A DNA stretch of 64,000 bases from Octopus sinensis (taxonomy: Eukaryota), in the NCBI RefSeq assembly GCF_006345805.1, contig NC_042997.1, positions 197,160,001 through 197,224,000 of the forward strand. Reading direction: 5' to 3'. A program made the position numbers and the translations under genes. The notes under the pieces are model-generated. The model worked only from the letters and a program-made list of their open reading frames with translations. It was not told the DNA's origin and ran no database searches. Position 1 is the stretch's first letter. Each line of letters opens with the position of its first letter. Shown here one piece after another: positions 54,915 through 64,000 of this stretch.

Positions 54915-55238
54915 CAGGGTTTCCCAACCATTTTTTATCCATGGACCCTGTTGATTACCATTTTATTCTGGTTGACCCCTACCGACATAGTTTTATAGAT
55001 ACTTCTTTCAAAATACCTATTTTGCTTTTCACACATAAATTTGAGTAAGTTGTAGACTGTAAGATGTTAGAGAAAGAAACTTAGCTCTTTCTTGCAATAT
55101 ATATCAATAAATATAGCTAAAGCAAAATTTTTCCATGTACCCTTGAAATATAACTGTGGATCCCCAATTTCCTATTTTGATGTATGTACCCCAAAAAATC
55201 TTATAGGAACTCTCAGGGACTCCAGATGAGAAACACTA
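54915..55238. mobile_element. hAT-type MITE
   Basis: Ends cagggtttcccaacc / atgagaaacacta; degenerate 8-bp flanks gtataaat / gtgcaaaa. Confidence 0.65.
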
Positions 55239-57284
55239 GTGCAAAAACGGTTAAAAACCATTCGAAAGACGAAGGCTGTCTGTAAACTTTCTTCTATCCA
55301 TAAGGTATTTAAACTCAATAATTACACTTTACTATTCATAGCTTTATCCACTTTGAGTTCCTCCGTTAAAAAAGTATTATTTCTCTCGAACTTTCTGAAT
55401 TCTTATGAATCACAAAAGTGTTAACTGAATGATTGCATATAAAGAACTACAAATAATTGTGCATACATTGTAGAAATAATTAACGAGATGTCTAATTTAG
55501 TCTTCTCAGTTAATTCTTCTGCTTTGACGTAAACGAACCATAATTAACAAGATATAATGAAATATTTGAAATTAAGGATAATTTTCATTACAAACTACAT
55601 CATTGATATTATCCACGAGATAACGTATATCAAATAAGGGAAAGCTAATCATTTATGTTTTCAATAACTCAGCAATATCATGAAATACTGTAGTTTTACT
55701 TATATAATATTCTTTTAAAATGGTGTCATCTGACAATATGCTAGAAAACAAAGCTACACAAAACTTTGATACGCTATACTGTAAATGTTACAACCACACT
55801 ATCTGTGTGCATGTCTCATTCTTTGTCTGCGTGTGTATGTGGGTGTACACGCACACACACACATATATGAAATTAATATGGACAGTAGTTTGCAATGTTT
55901 CACCTGAAAGGTGTATTACAAATACCGCTTAAGGCGACTAGGGTGTTAGAAAACACCTACATTGCTATAGATAATAGCTAAAAGGTTTTAGCTGTTGTTT
56001 AAAGCAATGTAGGTATTCCCTAACACACTGGCCGCATTTAGTGATATTAATATATATATATATATATATATACATGGTAATAAGAGATTGAGAGTAGAAA
56101 TAAAATATATAAAATCTTGTAGTTGCAGGTCCCTCATTCGAGGAAAATGAATAGAAGTGGTAAAAAAGATTCCTGTACATGCTATGTAAGTTCCAAAACT
56201 AGTTATATATATATATATATTATTATTATCATTATTAGAGAGCATGTTAGCCTTGTGAAGGGGTGGTTATCTTCATTTTCTTTTAAATGGATATGAACTA
56301 TATATATATATTTTACTATTATTATTTATTATTATCATTGTCATTATTATCATGAGTATTATTATTATTATTATTATTATAATAGGGACACGATTAAGCT
56401 GAAGATACAAAGCTATATTCCTTTGCTGTTAAGTATTTGTATATGTAGAAGTGGATGACAGCGAATATATTCTTGCTTTTATAATCTACAACGAAACAGA
56501 AATATACTGAAAACAACTTTGTGAGTATATAGTTGAGACACTCATTAGACAAAGAAAACAAATTTAATTATTATCAAATCATTGGTAAAGTTTCAAATAT
56601 CAACGAACTTCCTCTGCGCATGTCGCATCAAAAGTCTGCAGTTTGATAGAAGATAGATTTAAGATGCTGAATGGAGGAAAGTATTAGAAGATTATGCGTG
56701 GGTTCACTTCATAATTGTCTATCAAGTAACCGTTGTATAAGACTCTTATATCTATTCATTATATTTTGTGTAGGTGGAAAAACAACTGTGAGATTTCTGA
56801 GAGTTTCCTATGAGAGATTGAATATCTGTGACCAGGCTGTTTCACATCAGTGTAAAAGTATTGTCCTCTTAGCACTATAAAAGGAGTATCTTTATTCTAC
56901 TAGCATCAGACTATTATTCATAACAGAGAAAATTATTTTTTTCACATGATTTCAGCTAAACCTATTAATAGAAATATTTCTGCAGTAACTTTAATACAAC
57001 GATAGTGTTTTCTCAACAAACAGTAAAAGCTCGTTACATAAAACGCGTCTATATCTCCTCTTCAACAAACTCGAGAATTACAATACAAATGCAAAAGTAT
57101 AAAAAAGAGAAAGAAAAAACAATAACATTACCCACTAGAATGTCTTATCGTCAACGAGTGTCTATTATATAGCTGCAATACAAACCTGGATATGAATCAA
57201 TTAGGGGAAAAGAAACGATTTACAATAATATCTAGAAAACAGAAGCAATAACCTAACACGGACGATAAAATTTTCGTTATTATG

Positions 57285-57323
<39 letters not shown>

Positions 57324-57324
57324 C

Positions 57325-58013
57325 GTTTCTAATATAGGCACAAGGCCTGAATTTTGGGGGAAGAGGTTAGGTCGATTACATCTACCGCAGTACTTAACTG
57401 GTGCTTTTTTTTCTCGACCACGAAAGGATGAAAGACAAAGTCGACCCCGGCAGCATTTTAACACAGAACCCGAAGACAGACAAAATTCCGGTAAGCATTT
57501 CGCCTGGCGGCGTGCTAACGATTCTGACAACTTGCCGCCCTCATAATAATAATAATAATAATAATAATGATAATAATAATAATAATAAAAATAGTAATAA
57601 TAATAATAATCCTTGCTACTATAAGCAAAAGGCTTGGATTTTGTGGGGATGGGAACAGTCGATCGCATACATCCCAGTATTCAATGGTACTTGATTTATC
57701 GACCCTGAAAGGATGAAAGGCAAAGTCGACCTCGGTGGAATTTGAATTCAGAACGTAAAGACAGACGAAATACCTATTTCTTTACTACCCACAGGGGGCT
57801 AAACACAGAGAGGACAAACAGGGACAGACAAACGGATTAAGTCGATTATTTCGACCCCAGTGCGTAACTGGTATTTTATATAATCGACCCCGAAAGGATG
57901 AAAGGCAAAGTCGACCTCGTTGGAATTTTGAACGTAACGGCAGACGAAATACGGCTATGCATTTCGCCCGGCGTGCTAACGCTTCTGCCAGCTCTTCCCC
58001 CTAATAATGATAC

Positions 58014-58073
<60 letters not shown>

Positions 58074-59335
58074 AGCTGAAAAGAGCGAATAGCATGGTTC
58101 CGTAGGCTGCAGATTGTATGGCCGTTATGCATGCATGACTCCTGGAGCTCCAACAAAACCTGTGTTAAAGAGACAATAAAATAATTATTGTTTGTTCTCA
58201 ATGGACAATGCCTGAAATTCGGCGACAGGAGGCCAATCGATTATATCGACCTTGATGCTCAACTGGTACTTATTTTTTCAGCACGATTCTGGTTAAATTT
58301 GAACTGAAAACTTGAAACCGAATGAAGAGGTGCAAAACATTTTTTCGCACGCTCTAACGATTCCACCAGCTTACCGCCTTAATTATTTTAAAATTTGGCA
58401 CAAGGCCAGCAGTTTTTCGGGGAGGCGCATAGTCGATTGCTTTGGCTCCAGTACATGAATGCTATTTTATTTTATCGACCTCATAAAGATGACCATCAAA
58501 GTCGACCTCGGTAGAATTTGATCTTAGGCTGCAAAGAGCCGGAAGGAATGATGATACGCAGTTTGTCCGCTAACGAACTGGCCAGCTAATTATCATTTCC
58601 AATTTTGGCGTTGGCACAAGACCAACAATTTTAATGAGAGGAGAGACAAGTCGATTACATCGACTCTAGTATTTGATAATTTATTTTATCATCTCAGAAT
58701 GATGAAAAGCAAATTTCAGCTCGGTGAGATGTAAATTATTATCGGAAAACAAAATTATTGGCTATCGTATGATGTACTCGATTATCTTCCCCCTCTCCTT
58801 GTTCACAGTTTTTAACCTTGATTTGATCTGCTTCCCCTAAGAGAGGAGAGGTTGCTGCATCTATCGACCAGGACTAGCTCCATATCCTTTTTGAGGGCGC
58901 AAGGAATCCCGATAAACTGGGAGAAAGGGCACAAATAATTTACTATTTCCTTACTCATTCTTCTTTGGTTGTGTCCGGCAAAGGGCCACGTATTTAATTT
59001 CATAGTGCTAACAAGATTTTCCGCCAGAAGTCTATTTTCATCCTACCAGCCAGATGGTACATATCTAGCCTTTCTATGTATCTACTAACATTAGTAAACG
59101 AATGATGTTAATATTGTTTTCGAATTAAGGCACAGGGCCAGCAAATTTATAGAGGGTGTAAGTCGAAGACATCAACCCTAATGCTCAACTGGTACTTATT
59201 TTATCGACCACGAAAGGATGAAAATCAAAGTCAGTCGACCTCGGTAGAGTTTAAACTCAAGACACAAAGACAGACGAAATGCTGCTAAGCATTTTCCCCG
59301 ATGTGCTACCGATTCTGCCAGCTCACTACCTTACT
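57325..59335 (-). mobile_element. Cluster of about 7 co-oriented type B SINE units, including a dimer at 57612-57995, separated by (AAT)n
   Basis: Repeated gtcgatt...tggtactt...gtcgacctcgg...cattt...ctgccagct blocks of differing decay. Confidence 0.88.
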
Positions 59336-60349
59336 TCATGCCAATATTAAAAACTACAGAAATATGTTCCTTCACAAAAATATCTGCGTATACATACACA
59401 GACACACACATAGACACGCATGCACACATACACACACACACAAACACACACCCATTTATATGGAGAGAGATATTGAAGCGTGTGTGTATTGTTGTTGATT
59501 GTGGTACAGCTATTTCCAAATGTGTCGTTGGAATTGTTCGCATTATTGTTATTGTATACAGAATTATCATTCATGTATTTTTAAGCATTTGGAACGTGGT
59601 GTGAAATATTTTTAATGTGTGTATGTATACGCAGATATTTTTGAGAAGGAAAATATTTCTGTAGTTCATGTCGCTACAGACTGTAGATTTCTATCAGTTG
59701 CATTATTTTTGATAATGTAGGCGATTCAGCAGTTATATAGTTTTATTTGTGTGAGTAGGCAAATATGTGAACCCTACCCCACACCAAAAAAAGTCTGTTT
59801 CAAAAGAGGTATTTTTCGTTTTTAGAGCATCTAAAGGAGGAGCCATCCAGTTTGAGGAAAGCTCCCTCTCCTCTATTTGCTTTAAGGAAGTAAATTCAAA
59901 AATTACTCCTCGGTATATTTTCAGCTGGTAAAATCCAGAAACTAGGCAAGTGATATGAAAATAAGCCCGCAGTTAGTAATGAAGAAGGAAATAATATTAA
60001 CAACGACATCAACAACAATATATCTAAACGAAATGAAAAATATTATCCAAATATAAGATCTGAAAGCAGAATTTATTCAGTGTTGACAGATAAAAGAAAA
60101 GCGATCCCTATAATAATAGGTGTCTTGAGAATGCTTATAAATCATAACAACAAATACATATGCAAAACTCTGTAACAGAGACAGATGTAACAATAAGCAG
60201 GAAATAACATTACAGGCCACTGCACACACGAAACGCAGAGTTTAATACAATAGAAAGTACACAACAAAAGCTGAACATGGAACATGGCACATTGAGCCTT
60301 AGCTTAGTAGTTCAATAGATGGTCTCAATATCACGCCTGCTGAAAAAGG

Positions 60350-60513
60350 CTACAACTACTGAAACTACTACTACTACTACTACTACTACTGCAATTACTA
60401 TTACTACTACTACTGCAATTACTATTACTACTACTACTGCAACTACTACTACTACTACTACTGTAATTACTATTACTACTACTACTGCAATTACTATTAC
60501 TACTACTACTGCA

Positions 60514-60550
<37 letters not shown>

Positions 60551-60565
60551 ATGATAATAATAATA
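60350..60565. repeat. (ACT)n/(ATT) triplet array ending in (AAT)n
   Basis: Direct reading. Confidence 0.95.
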
Positions 60566-61135
60566 AATTGCCCTGATTCAGCACCAGGCAGTGGCTCTCA
60601 TGGCTTCTGATCTAAACTGACTGGAAGTGGTAGCATGTACATTGTTTTGTCTTGGTATAAAAGATGGGCTACAGCAAATATTCTGCTTAATATAGCAGAT
60701 TTGCTTATCAGTTGTTTGACCATGGCCAGTTGAGCATATCCTTTAGTGGCTGACAATATGTGCACCTCTGATCATGAGCAGAAGCACTGGGGGTTGTATC
60801 GTAACCTTGTATTGAAAGGAATTCTTTGGGGCTTGGATAATTCACTTTTAGAAACACGGTCGTTTTTGTTCAACATCCTTAAACAATCCTTATGCAGGAG
60901 CCTTTTGAACGGGATGGGTTACTCGACCAGAAGAAAATTCTAACTGGGCCCCACCTGCAAGATCATGCGATGTTTATGTTGATATGATAACACCATGTCG
61001 CGCACATATGGTTGTGATGCATGTGTCTGGTGTACACTGATCAGACGGGTAGTCATGATGGGTATACTGGACTTCGTATATTTAACCCCAGTATAACTTT
61101 GTTGGAATGCACTGCTTTCTCATTCAGTAATAATA
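60566..61135 (+). mobile_element. Interspersed repeat family X, longest copy, (AAT)n at both ends
   Basis: Homologous to 36715-37085 and 61375-61545. Confidence 0.8.
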
Positions 61136-61189
61136 ATATCATTAAGTGAAGTCTCACTGACATGCAGAATATGGATGGACATATCAATA

Positions 61190-61545
61190 TAATCTTAACA
61201 AGGTACCGAATGCACCATCCAAAATCAGATGTAGACAAGATTTATCTCCCAAGAAATAAGTAGAAGAGGTCTGATACAGCTCGCACAATCCTTCAAATCA
61301 GCAAGAGCTGAGAAGTATATTAAGCAACTCCCTGAAAACTCCAATCTCCGTGAACTAGAAAAGATAAACTTGATGGGTATGGCCATGCATATGGTTGTGA
61401 TGCATGTTTCTGGTGTACCCTTAACAGACGGGTAGTCATGATGAGTATACTCGGTTTCATAAATTGCACCCCAGTGTCACTTTGATGGCATGCTCTGATC
61501 ACTCACTCAATAATAATATAATAATAATAATAATAATAATAATTT
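61190..61545 (+). mobile_element. R4/Dong-like RT fragment fused to the family X 3' end and an (AAT)n tail
   Basis: RYRMHHPKSDVDKIYLPRNK..RGLIQL, then catatggttgtgatgcatg...cactcaataataat. Confidence 0.72.
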
Positions 61546-62658
61546 TGAACAGATGTTAGTCGTTGAAATCTACTGCAACACTTGATCGGTGCCTTATTTT
61601 ATCAATCTGGGATAGATGAAAAGCAAATTTTATCTCGGCAAGTTTTGAACTCATGATAAAAAAAAAAAAAACACCGAACATGTACCGGAATGCATTATAT
61701 TACCGAGTCTCCCAGCGCCGGCCACAATTGGTGGGCGATTTTGCAAAAATCACAAAATATCTTGTAGAAAACAAGTGTGAAAAGCAAAACAGCAAAAACC
61801 TAGAACGAATTGGAATAATTTTATACCATTATCGCTAGCATTATTGTTTATTTATCGGTTGTAATCGTTGTAACGTATTTCCAATTACCCTGATGTGGTG
61901 TTGATTTACACTTAACAGCCCCCAAATAAAGAGTGAGAGAGAGAGAGAAAAATACATGAAAAACCGGATTTAAAATTTATTTCTGACTGTTATGTTTTTC
62001 TCTTTCTGATTGTAGGCTCGTAATTAGTAACCATAATACTTATTCGAGAACATCCATATGCAACACGCAATTGCATAATTAAATATTCATAATCTATCGT
62101 AAACGCCCCCACGCCAGCAATACATCATTGCGTATCCATACGTTCATACGTTTATATGTGTATTGATGTGTATACGAGAGATATACAGAAATAGTTAGAC
62201 AAGTCTGCTCTCTCTATAATTTCGATGCGACACAAAACTAGTCGTTAATTGATTGTTTGTTCGTTTTCCCTTAGCTAATTGTTCTACTTAATCTCAGGAA
62301 AAATAACACGTTTCTTTTCTTAACCTACCCTATTTTTGTTGCTGTTTAAAGTATTTTTATATATTTAATTTCTATACACGTCCTTAGAAAGCAATTCTCT
62401 TATATTTGCATGCAGACACAAAATATTTACATATTCATTACGCACTCACACCCATCCATGTACAAACAAAAACACACTCCGGCATACGCGAATACACTGT
62501 TTATTGGATATGTACGTACGTGTGTATGTATATATGCATGCACGCATGCATATATATATATATATGTGTGCCTGTACACACACACACATATATATGAGTA
62601 TATATAAGGGTATATATATATAAACACATAAGTGTATATATATAAACACACAAGTGTA

Positions 62659-63350
62659 TCTCTTATTATAAAAGGCAGATTTTATCTGCCTCCCTTTGGG
62701 AGTTATACAAATCTACAATATAGGATTTCTTCAATTACAATTTACCTAGCATTTTTGAGAGTACAATGCATCGCGTCATGCCAGGTCCAGTTTTTAAAAT
62801 TTAAACTCCAATTAAGCAAAATTTACAGAAAACTCACATTCTGGTGTGTATGTCAAATGTTTTTCTTAATGTGGTTTACACCACACGCAAACGCACACAC
62901 ACACAAAGGGAGCGAATTGTTTCACTGACGCTATCACCCTTCTCCTCCTTTGTCTTTGCAAGTTGGCAGCTATTAAAGTGAAAACAGTCAATCCGACAGC
63001 GATTAAGAACACGAATTAGCACCTGAATGGAGTGAAAATTTAAAAACTGTTTCTTTCGGTGATTTTTCTGAAGAAACTGCACCAAGCCACAGACTTTCCC
63101 AGAAGAGTAAAGCCTTACACTATTTCTATTTACTTTTTCGAATGAGCCCATTTAAAATCATTACGGCAGAAACGAACCGTTACGCTAAACGTAAACAAAA
63201 CGAAAGAAACGATAGTTTGTTATTTCCCACAACCTTAAATGAAATTAAGGCCTATTTTGCCATAAATATTATTATGGGTATCAGAAAGTTACCCAGAATA
63301 ACAAATTCTATCGTAAAATTTTGTTGTATACCCAATTGAATATTAGCTAA
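62659..63350 (+). mobile_element. Helitron-like element (5' end seen, 3' end not found)
   Basis: A|TCTCTTATTATAAAAGG start with hairpin GGCAGAT-TTT-ATCTGCC. Confidence 0.4.
63007..63306 (+). pseudogene. piggyBac/PGBD transposase N-terminal fragment
   Basis: PEWSENLKTVSFGDFSEETAPS...HYFYLLF...IITAETNRYA...TTLNEIKAYFAINIIMGIRKLPRITN; stops just before the expected YW motif. Confidence 0.78.
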
Positions 63351-63743
63351 TAACCCATTTTCTATAGCGATGTTTGAACAAAATTTTAATAATTTTATAT
63401 ATTGTTGAATTTACCTGTATCTACCTGCAATTAGAGTCACTTTGTGACAAAAATTATAGTATAGAATTGGTTGAGGACATTTCATTAAATTATCTTCCAA
63501 AAATCATATTAATATATTGATAAATAAAAAAGTTATAGTTGTTTAATGAAACCAGACTAAATTTATGATTACGTTAGAAATTAATTGAAACACATAAGGG
63601 GTGTATTTTGGTCAGAAATATAGTAACGAAAGGATTAAGAAAAACCAAAAAATATTTTATTCTTTATAAATGTATTCAAAATAACATTTTCTTTTAAGAA
63701 TGCGTATATAACAAAGTATGTGTATATAACTACGTGGCTTATA

Positions 63744-64000
63744 TCTTTATATATAAGAGTGAAGTTGTGTGTCTGTCTCCTACGATTTAGATTCCTAACT
63801 ACTCCCACATTTTGCGGTGCAGTGTAACCAAAACCGGGTATCTTATAGTTGTGATTCATATCGAGCCCTTCTGGGTATTAGCGCGCGTCTACGATGAGTC
63901 TACGATTTAAAAAAAATTACCATCATATTTTTCCATTTTAATGCATTTTTTTCGCTATTATATAAGGGAAGTAACTCTCTAAAAATATCTACGATGTGTC
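63744..64000 (+). mobile_element. Helitron-like 5' end running off the window
   Basis: A|TCTTTATATATAAGAGTGAAGTTGTGTGTCTGTCT, typical of non-autonomous Helitron starts. Confidence 0.55.

Noticed and set aside
62940-62975. Splice acceptor upstream of the piggyBac fragment as an exon trap
   Set aside because: In-frame TAA stops lie between the acceptor and the fragment

Overview
AT-rich, repeat-saturated eukaryotic DNA. The SINE families and the extreme (TA)n/(TACA)n/(GATA)n/(AAT)n density point to a coleoid cephalopod, most likely Octopus (inference, not a database result). I found no intact gene, rRNA, tRNA gene or CRISPR array, and nearly all listed ORFs are microsatellite read-throughs. 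The window holds more than 30 tRNA-derived SINE copies of at least four types. It also holds decayed non-LTR retrotransposons (CR1/L2-like, RTE, R4/Dong-like with RT, CCHC and REL), Penelope-like termini with hammerhead-like cores, and DNA-transposon relics (mariner, DD41D Tc1/mariner, hAT MITE, piggyBac fragment, Helitron-like starts). The main leads are: (1) a 234-bp, ~98%-identical inverted repeat made of old SINE sequence; (2) a chain of tiny splice-site-bounded segments that joins in frame into a fibronectin-type-III-like motif, i.e. a possible micro-exon gene spread over the window (speculative); (3) covarying 3' stem-loops shared by LINE and SINE tails; (4) a SINE split by CR1 insertions into its internal (TA)n; (5) a piggyBac fragment inside a Helitron-like element. 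Boundaries were read by eye and are approximate.
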